Shown in pieces: positions 10,087 to 19,771 of a stretch of DNA of 64,000 nt (the first letter of the stretch is position 1; each line of letters opens with the position of its first letter). The stretch spans positions 2,390 through 66,389 of the forward strand of contig DATIBT010000033.1 of assembly GCA_035457345.1 (NCBI GenBank). Direction: 5' to 3'. The DNA is from Candidatus Saccharimonadales bacterium. GTDB taxonomy: Bacteria; Patescibacteriota; Saccharimonadia; Saccharimonadales; EFPC-124. A program made the position numbers and the translations under genes. Below the pieces are notes generated by a model. It was not told where the DNA came from, ran no database searches, and saw only the letters and a program-made list of their open reading frames with translations.

Positions 10087-10682
10087 TGTTTTGCCCCCGG
10101 CTTTTTGGTAAATTGCGCTTTGAGTGTGACGCTAAAGGGGTACTTTTGGGTGATTGTTGTAGCGGAGCCGGTCGAAGTGTCGGTCTGGCTTATGTTGGCG
10201 ATATTCACATTCTCAAAAATTGGCGAGTTCTCTAGGCTATTTTTTAAGTTCACTGCCCGGTCATACGACATAGCGCGGCCACTTATGTCTATTGGCGCGT
10301 TCGTATTAGTTGTAGTGGGTGTCGTTGAGCCAAGGGTTAGATTGTTAAGTACTACACCCTGCGGAATAACCGCGGCGATGGAGAATATTAAGTCACTAAA
10401 ACTAACATCACTGCCAAGAATGGTTTTGGCCGTTGCCAGGTTCTTGGCAAATTCTTCGGCGGCAGTTTTGGTTTTTGCGTACTCTTGTGCGGCTGTTTGG
10501 TTTTCTGCTTTGATGCGATCGGCGAGTTCTTTGTCGTTTGCCGTTGCCCAAAAACCAACAGTAAATACCACACCAAGAAGCAGCGCAGTCGTCACTACTA
10601 GCGTGCAGTATCTATAAAGGGTCACGTTCATGCGCGCAGCTCGCGCCTGCCGCTTGGTTTCTGGAGGGAGGAGATTTATCAT
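10083..10682 (-). CDS. pilN: PilN-like alignment protein
   Basis: N-terminal INLLP motif and TM; follows pilM. Confidence 0.85.
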   Translation of the reverse strand: MINLLPPETKRQARAARMNVTLYRYCTLVVTTALLLGVVFTVGFWATANDKELADRIKAENQTAAQEYAKTKTAAEEFAKNLATAKTILGSDVSFSDLIFSIAAVIPQGVVLNNLTLGSTTPTTTNTNAPIDISGRAMSYDRAVNLKNSLENSPIFENVNIANISQTDTSTGSATTITQKYPFSVTLKAQFTKKPGAKQ

Positions 10683-11746
10683 TGCCAGATCTCCTTGGGG
10701 TCAATAATGCCAAGACCGGCTGCAGTTATATAGCGCGGTTTGAACAATTTGCTTGGCGGCGTGAGATGCCCGAAGCTTATTGAGTGCCATGGATTGGCAA
10801 CGCGCGACGGCATGAGCATGGCGTCTGTCATAAATTCACCCAATCCCGGCAGATTGGAACCCCCGCCTACAATAAGAATTTGCTCAATCTTGGTCTTGGC
10901 GCCGAGCCGTTCCGCGTAATACCGCATAATCTTGCGTGTTTCCTGGGCGACTTGTGTAAGGACGGGCTCAAGTGCCAAGCGAATTTGATTCTGCTTGGGG
11001 CCGGGCGCAAGGCCACTGTGCACTTTAAGTTGGTGTGCTTCTTCGAAACTAACTTTGAGCTTATCGGCAATAGTGTAGGTAACGGTGTGGCCGCCAACCG
11101 GCGCGCTGCCGGTGACGCGTACCACTTGGTCGACGAGGGCGATGTCACTTGTGGCGGCGCCCACATCTATGACGATGGTTGGAAGGTGGCCTTCTTCGGT
11201 GCGCCGAATAAGACGTGCGGCCGAACTAATCCCTGGCTCGACAAGCACCACCTGCAAGCCCGCTTTTTCACAGCTGGCAACCGAAGCGTCGACAATCTTT
11301 TTTGGCACCGCAGTAAGCAGTACGGTAATGTTCTCTTTGTTTCGTTCGACAATTTGGTGATCAATATACAGCTCGCTGGCGGCAATAGGAATATATTGTT
11401 CAACCTCAAGCTGGAGTGAGTCTGACAGATTGGCTTCTGCGTCTAGGGGGAGCTCAAGCGTGCGGCTGTAAGTACGCGATGTCGGCACGCTAATGGCTAC
11501 ATGATTGCTTGGCAATTTACCGTGGATTTTTTCCCGCAGCAACTGCCTGACCCCGTCGGCCAAGTAGTCGTCTTTGGCGGCCGTCAAGCTGTTATTTACC
11601 TTTTGCGGGTCGAGGTCAATCGAACCGTATCCAAGCACTGTCATTTTGCGCTGGTTAATCGCCATGGCTTTAATACCGGTCGAGCTAATATCTATGCCGA
11701 CCAGAGGCTTATCATGGTAGAATAATTTCGTTTTTGTGCCCATCAC
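10679..11746 (-). CDS. pilM: Type IV pilus assembly protein PilM
   Basis: GIDISS, IDVGAATS and VGGGSNLPGL actin-like motifs. Confidence 0.93.
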   Translation of the reverse strand: MMGTKTKLFYHDKPLVGIDISSTGIKAMAINQRKMTVLGYGSIDLDPQKVNNSLTAAKDDYLADGVRQLLREKIHGKLPSNHVAISVPTSRTYSRTLELPLDAEANLSDSLQLEVEQYIPIAASELYIDHQIVERNKENITVLLTAVPKKIVDASVASCEKAGLQVVLVEPGISSAARLIRRTEEGHLPTIVIDVGAATSDIALVDQVVRVTGSAPVGGHTVTYTIADKLKVSFEEAHQLKVHSGLAPGPKQNQIRLALEPVLTQVAQETRKIMRYYAERLGAKTKIEQILIVGGGSNLPGLGEFMTDAMLMPSRVANPWHSISFGHLTPPSKLFKPRYITAAGLGIIDPKEIWQ

Positions 11747-11752
11747 TGTATA

Positions 11753-11763
11753 CGCTTATGGTT
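11753..11763 (-). promoter_or_regulatory. Motif copy beside the -10 (TATACT) of pilM
   Basis: CGCTTATGGTT on +; the minus strand reads TATACT-AACCATAAGCG. Confidence 0.6.
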
Positions 11764-11779
11764 AGTATACCATTTACTG

Positions 11780-13354
11780 TTACGGACCGGTTAGTACTTC
11801 GCGCCACGAAAGCACATTGTAAGTGCTTGTCACTGGCCAGCTTGGCGGTGGCGTGTAAAGCATGTTGTAGTCATACTGTGTGGTGTTATTGAGGACGCCC
11901 GAGATGTAGTTGCCGGTTGACGCTTGCAATGCTGCGTCGCCACAAGAACTACCCCTGAACCATGTCCACGTCCATGACTGCCGGGTAGCAACTGAACCGT
12001 AGAAGTTGAATGTTTGGTTGGCGTTTGTCCAGCCGCGCGTACAGGTGTTGACGGTACGATATGTACTTGGATATTGCACGCTACCCGCTTGGGCAATGAG
12101 CGCTGCGTCAACCTCAAAGTTGAATGACCCGGTAGCTGGCGGCGCGTAAGGGGCGATGAGAATATCTTGTTCGGCCATCAGGCCAATGGCGTCACTGCCA
12201 TCTTTTTGGGCGTAGACCAGGTCATCGGCAATGACTATATTTGCCTCTTGTGACGAGCTGGCGAGCCGCCCTGCCCCAATGGTAACGCGACCATTGTAGG
12301 TGGTGTTGCTGCGCACCCATACGTTGTCTTCGGCAAAAATGACGCCCGAACCTGGGATGGCAATATTCGTGGCTACCGAAGAAAGCGTTAGTGCACTGGT
12401 ATATGGTGTATTGCGGTCGTTTTCGGCATTAACTTGCGACAGGTTATAGGTGCCATTGTTGTTCAGCTCAATCAAGTAGCCTCTGTTAATGGCGAAGGTC
12501 GAAGCACGGCGGGGCAGGTAGGCAGCGGTTCTTGTAGATGGCGTTTGCGAACAGGCATTCGGCATGCTAGCCAGACTGGTAGTTGATGAGTCTGCCAAGA
12601 AGGCATTCTTTTTGATGCTGCACAGCGAGCCGGTCACGGCATTAAAATCAACCGAAGGCACCGGGTAGCGCCAATCAGACTTATTGCGTGTATTGCAGTT
12701 TACCGGCGACGTTACGCTTGTATGGCACCACACACCTGGTTTGCTGCTGCCATCACCGCCTAAGTTGCTTGGTGGGGTGTAGGTTGCGTTGGTGCTTGTT
12801 ACGTCACTATTGCTGGCACCGTCCATGCGAATGCCCTGGTTGGAATGCACTGGTCCGTTGGCGGATTCGGTGTTGCCGAACCATACGGCAGTGTCGGCAA
12901 CAAGGCCATAACTGGCAAACGATGGCGCGCCAATTTGAGCGTCGATAGTCCGTTTTATAGATGTACCGGCTACTTGCCCAATTGCCCTTATCTTAACAAT
13001 GGTCGAGCCGCCGCCTTGGGGATTAATCCATAAGGTAAACGTCCCTTGGGTCTTAGCATTATCGTCTACATAGTTGTGAACGTAGGGGCCATAACCGAGC
13101 TGCGGGTCTGGGGTGGTTGGGGTGCTTTGGCCATCTTTGTAATCGGTGGCATTATGACTGAGGTGCCAGAGATAATAGTTAATGCCCGCCTCGGCAATGT
13201 TGAAGGCCTTTTGGCTTTGAATGTTGTTGCCAACAAGCACAATATTGCTGCCAATAAGCTCAACCACCGACATGAAAATTATTGTAATAACTACTAAAAA
13301 TCCAAGGACACTCGGAAGTACGAAGCCTTTTTGTTGTCTTTTTTGTCTGCTCAT
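11780..13354 (-). CDS. PilX-like large minor pilin
   Basis: QKG|FVLPSVL without Glu5; AFNIAEAGINY PilX N-terminal motif; ends in SWRE. Confidence 0.85.
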   Translation of the reverse strand: MSRQKRQQKGFVLPSVLGFLVVITIIFMSVVELIGSNIVLVGNNIQSQKAFNIAEAGINYYLWHLSHNATDYKDGQSTPTTPDPQLGYGPYVHNYVDDNAKTQGTFTLWINPQGGGSTIVKIRAIGQVAGTSIKRTIDAQIGAPSFASYGLVADTAVWFGNTESANGPVHSNQGIRMDGASNSDVTSTNATYTPPSNLGGDGSSKPGVWCHTSVTSPVNCNTRNKSDWRYPVPSVDFNAVTGSLCSIKKNAFLADSSTTSLASMPNACSQTPSTRTAAYLPRRASTFAINRGYLIELNNNGTYNLSQVNAENDRNTPYTSALTLSSVATNIAIPGSGVIFAEDNVWVRSNTTYNGRVTIGAGRLASSSQEANIVIADDLVYAQKDGSDAIGLMAEQDILIAPYAPPATGSFNFEVDAALIAQAGSVQYPSTYRTVNTCTRGWTNANQTFNFYGSVATRQSWTWTWFRGSSCGDAALQASTGNYISGVLNNTTQYDYNMLYTPPPSWPVTSTYNVLSWREVLTGP

Positions 13355-13944
13355 AAGTTTGTCTTCCTGTTGCGTAAGCTGACTTCGCTTGTGATGGTAT
13401 CATTACCCGATTGGCTCGGCAGTGTAATTGGTACGGCAAGGTTAATTCGCATACCTTTTATAGTGTGCAGATCGGCGATTGGCGGCGTGAGTGTATTGCC
13501 GGCTGCATCAAGGTACTGAAAGGTCTTCACCGTGGGTGAGGAGTAGAAATTATCGATGATTGTCACTGTCCGTTGTTGTGCAGTTAAGAGCGTGCCAGCC
13601 GGTGGATTTGCCGACAGCGGCGTAACATCGGCAAACAATTTGGTGCCCGCTGGATTTTTGTAGTAATGAATGAGCGACACATTGGCGTCGTTCGGAGCGA
13701 AGTACGCATATACCGTCACTTCTGTATCGATGGCCTGAGTAACATCGGTCGCCCCGCGGAGCACCTTTGCTATGCGCTGCGACTGCATGGATAGCTGACT
13801 AAACATGAGCCCCTCTTGCTCTAGGACAAAAAATTGCCGGAGGGTTTGGTTAAAAAAGGGATAGGCAATAACAATTAGGATCGCCAGAAGTGATAGTGCG
13901 ATAACAAGCTCGCCAACGGAAAATCCACGACTATGGCGTAACAC
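13351..13944 (-). CDS. Minor pilin (PilW-like)
   Basis: RG|FSVGELVI prepilin signal; C-terminal VSLRN. Confidence 0.85.
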   Translation of the reverse strand: MLRHSRGFSVGELVIALSLLAILIVIAYPFFNQTLRQFFVLEQEGLMFSQLSMQSQRIAKVLRGATDVTQAIDTEVTVYAYFAPNDANVSLIHYYKNPAGTKLFADVTPLSANPPAGTLLTAQQRTVTIIDNFYSSPTVKTFQYLDAAGNTLTPPIADLHTIKGMRINLAVPITLPSQSGNDTITSEVSLRNRKTNL

Positions 13945-15499
13945 TCATACCTCCTAGCAGCGGCGTTCCTGGCAGGGTGAGGGTGCCGCTAGATGTTGTA
14001 AGTTGGAGGCCGAGCGCACCTTGTGTGGCGCTGCTTAGGTCAACGGTACAATTGAGTGATTTCTGGCTTGCGTCGCCGGTGCAGCTTGCGGTGAAGATGG
14101 AAGCGCCCTGGGTGAGCTGTACGGTTGTAGCACAGCTTGCGGGGTTGTTGCCGCAGGGTAGGTTGCGGCCGGTAATGGTAAATGCGAACGCGCTCAGGCT
14201 ACTCCCTTGGCTGGCCTCATCTGGCGAGATGGTGAAGATACGGGGGAAGCTCGGGCTTGTAGTGAAGATCAGCCTGACTTTTTGGTAATAATTATTGCCG
14301 CTAAAGGTGAAGGTTGGGCTTGGCGGGTTGGCAGCGGTGTACGTAGGCACGGTGATTGGTTGTAGCGAATTGTTGCCTGCGTAGGGTACGGCGGCTGCTA
14401 AGTAATAGTTTGTGCTGCCGTTTTGGCAGCCGGAATTGCCATCGTCGCCGCAGAAGAAGTAGTTGCCGGGTACCAGGTTACTGACTGCGGCCAGGCCGCT
14501 ACCGTCGGTCGTTGGCCGAGTATCGGTGGGCGACAGATTATCGTAGTAGTACACGGTATTGCTCGCATCGGTGTAGCTCTTATAGCCGCCCTTCATGTAT
14601 ATTTTGGCGTTGCCTATGGGCGAGCCGCTTGTGTTGACAGCCTCAAGCACGATGCTGTTGGGGCCTTGGGGTTTAATGACCAGCGTCACTGACGATGATT
14701 GTTGGGTTAAAATCTGCTGGCTTGGGTAGGTTGGTTGCAGGGAACCATTTGGCGGCGCAATGGTCGTTAGCGTCGAATAGCCTGTTTTAGACGCTGTCAC
14801 GACATAGCTGTACCCAGTCGTGTCGGGCGGCAGTCCGTAAAAGATTGCCACGCCATTGCTGTCGCTTGTATCAGAAACATTTATATTTGGCGTAATGGTA
14901 TTGTTGGTAACTTGGATAGTGGCGCCTGATACTGGTGTGCCTGTGTCATCTAAAACAGTGACGAACAGAGCGCCAGTCGTGCTTGCCGTCTCGGCCACCC
15001 GGGCAGATATTTGCGTGTCTACCTCGGCTAAAAGGGAGGTGGCAGGAGCATATACCGACACATGGACAATCTTATAGTCCGCTGGGTTCGTGTCTGTAGC
15101 CGGCGCCGTAGCAGGCGGCGGGTAGTTGCGACAATAGAGCATTTTGAGTGCGAGCGTAGGGTAATTGGCGCAGCCATCGAATGCATCATCGACGTAATTT
15201 ATACTCGTTTTAATAGTATAAGTGACGCCATTGTATACTTTGGTGGTTGTATTGGGCAGTGGACTGGCACTGTAAATGCTGCCGCCTGCTACGGCAAGCG
15301 TGTCATACGGCAACGATTTTAAATATTCCATTTGATTAGTGGCAAGGGTAGAGGCAATTGCCTTGCGTTTGGTCACGGCTGCACTGTTGGCAAGGGTCGT
15401 GAACAGGCTTAAAATCGCCAGGGTCACAAAAGTAAGCACGGTCAAACTTATGACCAGCTCGACAAGCGTATAGCCCGACGTACTCTTAGGGGTGCCCAC
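13931..15499 (-). CDS. Large minor pilin (PilV-like) with carboxypeptidase-regulatory-like / Ig-like domains
   Basis: SG|YTLVELVI signal; LATNQMEYLKSLPYD; GTPVSGATI beta-sandwich repeats. Confidence 0.85.
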   Translation of the reverse strand: MGTPKSTSGYTLVELVISLTVLTFVTLAILSLFTTLANSAAVTKRKAIASTLATNQMEYLKSLPYDTLAVAGGSIYSASPLPNTTTKVYNGVTYTIKTSINYVDDAFDGCANYPTLALKMLYCRNYPPPATAPATDTNPADYKIVHVSVYAPATSLLAEVDTQISARVAETASTTGALFVTVLDDTGTPVSGATIQVTNNTITPNINVSDTSDSNGVAIFYGLPPDTTGYSYVVTASKTGYSTLTTIAPPNGSLQPTYPSQQILTQQSSSVTLVIKPQGPNSIVLEAVNTSGSPIGNAKIYMKGGYKSYTDASNTVYYYDNLSPTDTRPTTDGSGLAAVSNLVPGNYFFCGDDGNSGCQNGSTNYYLAAAVPYAGNNSLQPITVPTYTAANPPSPTFTFSGNNYYQKVRLIFTTSPSFPRIFTISPDEASQGSSLSAFAFTITGRNLPCGNNPASCATTVQLTQGASIFTASCTGDASQKSLNCTVDLSSATQGALGLQLTTSSGTLTLPGTPLLGGMSVTP

Positions 15500-15527
15500 T
15501 GCTTTTGTTTGCTCGTTCTACTTCTTT

Positions 15528-15538
15528 AAGCATAAGCG
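15528..15538 (+). promoter_or_regulatory. Motif copy overlapping the minor-pilin operon promoter
   Basis: AAGCATAAGCG; on the minus strand a TTGATT-17 nt-TATGCT promoter overlaps it. Confidence 0.6.
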
Positions 15539-15566
15539 GTAGCGGCTTTTTAATCAATGTTACTAA

Positions 15567-15597
15567 CAAAACAGCCCCGGAGTACGAGACTGTTTTG
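15567..15597 (-). terminator. Probable terminator after major pilin
   Basis: Imperfect hairpin CAAAACAG...CTGTTTTG downstream of the pilin stop codon. Confidence 0.5.
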
Positions 15598-15620
15598 CTT
15601 CTTACGCGTGTCTACAGCGG

Positions 15621-16079
15621 TTAGTTCAAACTGTCTTTGGTCTGAACCGCGTTTGTGTCTTCCTTAAGCCAGGTTAGCTTAAACTTGGCACATGGCGCAG
15701 TGGTACAGGCAGTTGTGCCGTCGCTTGCAAAGGTACGGTAACCGTAGTGGTCTTTGTCTGGCGTAGCACTGTTGTTTACGCTGTTAGCGGTTGCACCCGG
15801 AGCGCGAGTCGACTGAATGTCGATACCCTTCAGGTTTGCGCTTACCCAGCTGTCAGTGTCTAGGCTGCCAGTAAGGATTGGGTAGCCACCGTTGTCGTTG
15901 TAGTAGACTTCAAGCTGTGTCGCGATTGAGTTCACGTCTGTTTGGCGCTCAGTGTCACGTGCACGGCGCTGTACGCCGCTAAAGGTGTTCAACACCAAGG
16001 CGGCCAAGATGCCGATGACCACGATGACGATCAGAAGCTCGACGATCGTGAAGCCTTTTTGTAAATGTTTTTTGAGCAT
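15621..16079 (-). CDS. Probable major type IV pilin
   Basis: QKG|FTIVELLIVIVVIGILAA; own promoter, purine-rich RBS and terminator; C-terminal Cys pair. Confidence 0.9.
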   Translation of the reverse strand: MLKKHLQKGFTIVELLIVIVVIGILAALVLNTFSGVQRRARDTERQTDVNSIATQLEVYYNDNGGYPILTGSLDTDSWVSANLKGIDIQSTRAPGATANSVNNSATPDKDHYGYRTFASDGTTACTTAPCAKFKLTWLKEDTNAVQTKDSLN

Positions 16080-16138
16080 TGAATGCCCCCCTTTTAAATT
16101 ATTGTAGCCGCGTAAGAATTACACCGCGTCTTGAGCTT

Positions 16139-16167
16139 AAGTATAACCATAAGCGCGTTGCCGTCAA
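16139..16167 (-). promoter_or_regulatory. Major pilin promoter with embedded motif
   Basis: Minus strand TTGACG-16 nt-TATACT; the spacer contains AACCATAAGCG (16145-16155). Confidence 0.6.
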
Positions 16168-16193
16168 CTCTTTGCTTGTGGATAACTAGCTCT

Positions 16194-17414
16194 CTAACCC
16201 TTAATATTAGTCGAGAGGCTAGAGATCGGTCCCATCACACTAGCGGCAATCAAACCAATCATACTGCCCATAATCACAATCATGACTGGCTCTAGGATTG
16301 AGCTGAGGCTACCAATGAGGGTGTCGACTTCTTCTTCGTAAAATTCGGCAACTTTAATAAGAATAGTGTCTGTTTGGCCGGTCTCTTCACCCACAGCGAG
16401 CATCTGCGACACAATCATGGGGAACATATTGCTTTCGCTCAATATAACCGACAATTGCTTGCCGTTTTTAACTCCCTCGGCGGCCTTATCCAACGCTTCT
16501 TTGTAGGCCGAATTACCCACTGCGCCGCCACTCACCTTAAGCGCCTCAACGACGCTTACGCCGGCGCCTAGTAAACTCGCAAACGTGCGAGAGAAGCGCG
16601 CTACGGCGAGCTTGCTAATAATAGTGCCAATCGCGGGAACTTTGAGCATAAAGGTATTGAAGGTGCGCTTGCCTTCGGGAGTTGCTACCCAACGGCGGAA
16701 CAGAAATATACCGCCTACAGTCAATCCAATAAGAATGTACCACTGGTTCGTCATAAAGCTGCTAATCGCAAGCATGGCCTGTGTTATTGGGGGGAGCTCG
16801 GCATCGGGGCCGCCAAGGTCTTTTACAATCTGCCCAATGCGCGGCACAATGAACACCATAAGGCCAATGAATGCCACAACAGTAATGGTGAGCAGTACAA
16901 TAGGGTAGGTCATGGCACCCTTCACTTTTTTGCGGATTGATTCGCTTTTTTCTTGTTGCAGGGCCAGGCGTTTTAGAATTTCGTCGAGAATACCACCAGC
17001 TTCACCGGCGCGTACCATATTAACGTATACCTCGTTAAACACTTTCGGATGTTTGGCAAAGGCGTCGCCAAGCGACATGCCACCCTGTACGTCTTTGTTG
17101 ACAACAGTGAGCACTTCTTGAAGGCGCTTGCTTTCCGATTGCTGTCCCAATGTATTCAGCGCCCTAAGTAACGGCACGCCCGCGCTCACCATGGTACTCA
17201 GCTGGCGGGTAAAAATAACAAGCTCTTTCGATTTGACCTTGCCCTTAAACAAACCGCTCATTGCTTTGGCGCGCGTGCTTTCTTCGCGCAGGCCAACAGG
17301 ACGCAGTTTTTGCTTGCTTAGTAATGCGGTGGCAGCGGCCCGGTCTTTGGCTTCAAGGGCGCCTGTCACTTTTTTGTTTTGCGCGTTCATAGCGCTGTAG
17401 GTAAATTTAGCCAT
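16194..17414 (-). CDS. pilC: Type IV pilus platform protein PilC (T2SSF family)
   Basis: FTRQLSTMVSAGVPL, AGEAGG, AMTYP and VGEETG motifs. Confidence 0.95.
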   Translation of the reverse strand: MAKFTYSAMNAQNKKVTGALEAKDRAAATALLSKQKLRPVGLREESTRAKAMSGLFKGKVKSKELVIFTRQLSTMVSAGVPLLRALNTLGQQSESKRLQEVLTVVNKDVQGGMSLGDAFAKHPKVFNEVYVNMVRAGEAGGILDEILKRLALQQEKSESIRKKVKGAMTYPIVLLTITVVAFIGLMVFIVPRIGQIVKDLGGPDAELPPITQAMLAISSFMTNQWYILIGLTVGGIFLFRRWVATPEGKRTFNTFMLKVPAIGTIISKLAVARFSRTFASLLGAGVSVVEALKVSGGAVGNSAYKEALDKAAEGVKNGKQLSVILSESNMFPMIVSQMLAVGEETGQTDTILIKVAEFYEEEVDTLIGSLSSILEPVMIVIMGSMIGLIAASVMGPISSLSTNIKG

Positions 17415-17416
17415 AG

Positions 17417-19213
17417 TTATTCGCGAGTTACACGCAGGATTTCCTCAATGCTCGTTTGGCCGCGCAAGGCTTTAATAAACCCGTCCATTTGCATGGTGAC
17501 CATACCCTCTTTGATAGCTTCTTCCTGAATGGTGTTGCTGGTGGCGTTGGTGGTGATGAGCTTTTGCACTTCTACGCTATTAGACAATACCTCGTAAATA
17601 CCCATGCGCCCCTTGTAACCGCTGTGCCCGCAATTATCACAGCCTTCGGGCTTGGGGCGGTAGAGGCGCGTAATGGTACCGCCTTTTATTGATGTCTCGG
17701 CGCCAATATCTTCGCCAATTTTTTGGCTAGCGGCTAATTTTTCGAGTTCGGCGTAATGTTCAAATGTGTCTTTATCTTTTATGCCAAACATTTGGCCAAT
17801 GGTAGTGAGCTCGCCATCTTCGGGCTTGTATTCCTGCTTACATTTTGGGCACAGGCGGCGCACTAAGCGCTGGCCAACAACGGCCCGGACGGTGCTGGCA
17901 ATAAGAAACGGCTCAATGCCCATGTCGAGCAAGCGCGGCAAACAGGTGGCGGCGTTGTTGGTGTGCAAGGTACTAAATACTAAGTGGCCGGTTAAGGCGG
18001 CCTGTACGGCGAGGTCGGCGGTTTCGCCGTCACGAATCTCACCCACCATGATAATGTTGGGGTCCTGGCGCAGCAGTGCGCGCAAACCGGCCACAAACGT
18101 CATGCCTGCTTTGGGATTCACCTGTGTTTGGTTGGTGCCCATAATGCGGTACTCCACTGGGTCTTCGACGGTTGAAATGTTCACGCCAGGACTGTTCAAT
18201 AAGGTGAGCGTGCTGTACAAACTGGTTGATTTACCTGAACCAGTAGGGCCGGTTACTAAGATCATGCCGTGGGGTTGTTTGATTGCTTCGTTGATTTTAT
18301 CGAGGCTCCATCCCCAGTAGCCGAGTTGCTCTAGGGTGAGTGCCTTGTTTGATTCATCAAGCACGCGCATAACCACTTTTTCGCCGTCTTGGATTGGGAG
18401 GGTTGAGACACGCATGGCATATAGTTTGCCGCCGACCGTCACTTTAAAGCGGCCGTCTTGCGGCACGCGGCGTTCGTCGATTTTAAGATTACTCAAAATT
18501 TTAATGCGCGAAACAAGCGCAGCCAGTACATTGCGAGGTAGTTTGTTCGCCTCGCGTAAAATGCCATCTATGCGGTAGCGAACTTGTACAAAATCTTCCC
18601 TCGGCTCAATATGAATGTCGGACGCACCGGCACGAATAGCATACTCTAGCAGCAAATTGACCGTTTGGGCAATTGGGGAGTCCTCGGCGACGTCTTCTTC
18701 GCTGACCAACTCCTCTTTTTGTTCCTCTTTTTCTACTTCAACGTCAATTACCTTGGTCAGCTCATTGCTAATGCCGCCAATGCCTTCGCGGTACTGGTCC
18801 AAGGCCGCCAAGATATTATCTTTGGTCGCAATATAGAGCGCAAAGCTGGCGCCGATGTATTTTTTTAGGAAATCCACTGCCTGGACATCGTCTGGGTCTT
18901 CCATGGCGAGTTGTTTGATGCCATCTTTAACAGCAAAAATAACGGCGTTGTACTGCCGGGCAATGCGCTCTGGCAGCAAGCTGATGGTCTTTTTTGTGAT
19001 GGTTTTGGGGTCGAGTTCGATAAACGGTATGCCAATTTCTTTAGCGTAGAGTTCCGTCAATTCTTTTTCGTTGATGAGCTCGGCCTTTAGCACCAGATCC
19101 TGTAATGGCTTGCCGGTCTTCTTTTCTTCGGCACGCACCTTATCAAGCTCGGCAGGTTTGACCTTGCCAGCTTTAGATAACAGCGTCTCCAGTGTCGCAT
19201 CGGCTATGCGCAT
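17417..19213 (-). CDS. pilB: Type IV pilus extension ATPase PilB (GspE/PulE family)
   Basis: ASDIHIEP, GPTGSGKS, LRQDP, GHLVFSTLHTN and a tetra-Cys motif. Start taken at MRIAD. Confidence 0.95.
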   Translation of the reverse strand: MRIADATLETLLSKAGKVKPAELDKVRAEEKKTGKPLQDLVLKAELINEKELTELYAKEIGIPFIELDPKTITKKTISLLPERIARQYNAVIFAVKDGIKQLAMEDPDDVQAVDFLKKYIGASFALYIATKDNILAALDQYREGIGGISNELTKVIDVEVEKEEQKEELVSEEDVAEDSPIAQTVNLLLEYAIRAGASDIHIEPREDFVQVRYRIDGILREANKLPRNVLAALVSRIKILSNLKIDERRVPQDGRFKVTVGGKLYAMRVSTLPIQDGEKVVMRVLDESNKALTLEQLGYWGWSLDKINEAIKQPHGMILVTGPTGSGKSTSLYSTLTLLNSPGVNISTVEDPVEYRIMGTNQTQVNPKAGMTFVAGLRALLRQDPNIIMVGEIRDGETADLAVQAALTGHLVFSTLHTNNAATCLPRLLDMGIEPFLIASTVRAVVGQRLVRRLCPKCKQEYKPEDGELTTIGQMFGIKDKDTFEHYAELEKLAASQKIGEDIGAETSIKGGTITRLYRPKPEGCDNCGHSGYKGRMGIYEVLSNSVEVQKLITTNATSNTIQEEAIKEGMVTMQMDGFIKALRGQTSIEEILRVTRE

Positions 19214-19238
19214 AATTATTCTATATTGTAGCTGATGA

Positions 19239-19249
19239 CGCTTATGATT
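19239..19249 (-). promoter_or_regulatory. Motif copy upstream of pilB
   Basis: CGCTTATGATT in the divergent pilB/tsaE gap. Confidence 0.6.
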
Positions 19250-19285
19250 GCTATGCACCCCCACGCGTCAGGTATAATGTTCCCG

Positions 19286-19771
19286 ATGGAATATAAGTTT
19301 GTCTGTAAGACTACCGATGACACCAAGCGGCTTGCCGAAGAGATGGGTAAGGCGCTGCACGGTGGCGAGGTTATTGAGTTCCACAGTGATCTGGGCGGGG
19401 GCAAAACCACCTTCATGAAAGGGCTGGCCGTTGGCATGGGTGTGGTAGATGTGGTGCAGAGCCCAACCTTTTCAATCAGCCAACTGCATAAAGCGGCACA
19501 TGGCTTAGAACTGCATCATTTTGATTTTTATCGGCTCGATGACCCCGGCGTGGTGCGAGCTTCACTCGTTGAATCACTCGCCCAGCCCAATGCGGTCGTG
19601 GCAATAGAGTGGGGCGAGACAGTGCATGATGTGCTGGGCGCCAATATTATCTCTATCACTCTCACTGTGCAGGATGACGACGCGCGCGTTGTTACTATCG
19701 CAGTGCCCGCAGTAGCTGAACATGTTGCCAAAATATTGCAAAATTACCAACAAAATAGGACAATTGCCTGA
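19286..19771 (+). CDS. tsaE: tRNA t6A biosynthesis ATPase TsaE
   Basis: DLGGGKTTF, VQSPTF, HFDFYRL and IEW motifs; TATAAT lies 7 nt before the ATG. Confidence 0.95.
   Translation: MEYKFVCKTTDDTKRLAEEMGKALHGGEVIEFHSDLGGGKTTFMKGLAVGMGVVDVVQSPTFSISQLHKAAHGLELHHFDFYRLDDPGVVRASLVESLAQPNAVVAIEWGETVHDVLGANIISITLTVQDDDARVVTIAVPAVAEHVAKILQNYQQNRTIA

Noticed and set aside
19070-19213. MshEN c-di-GMP-binding motif in PilB
   Set aside because: The RLG signature residues are missing; only the hydrophobic spacing remains.
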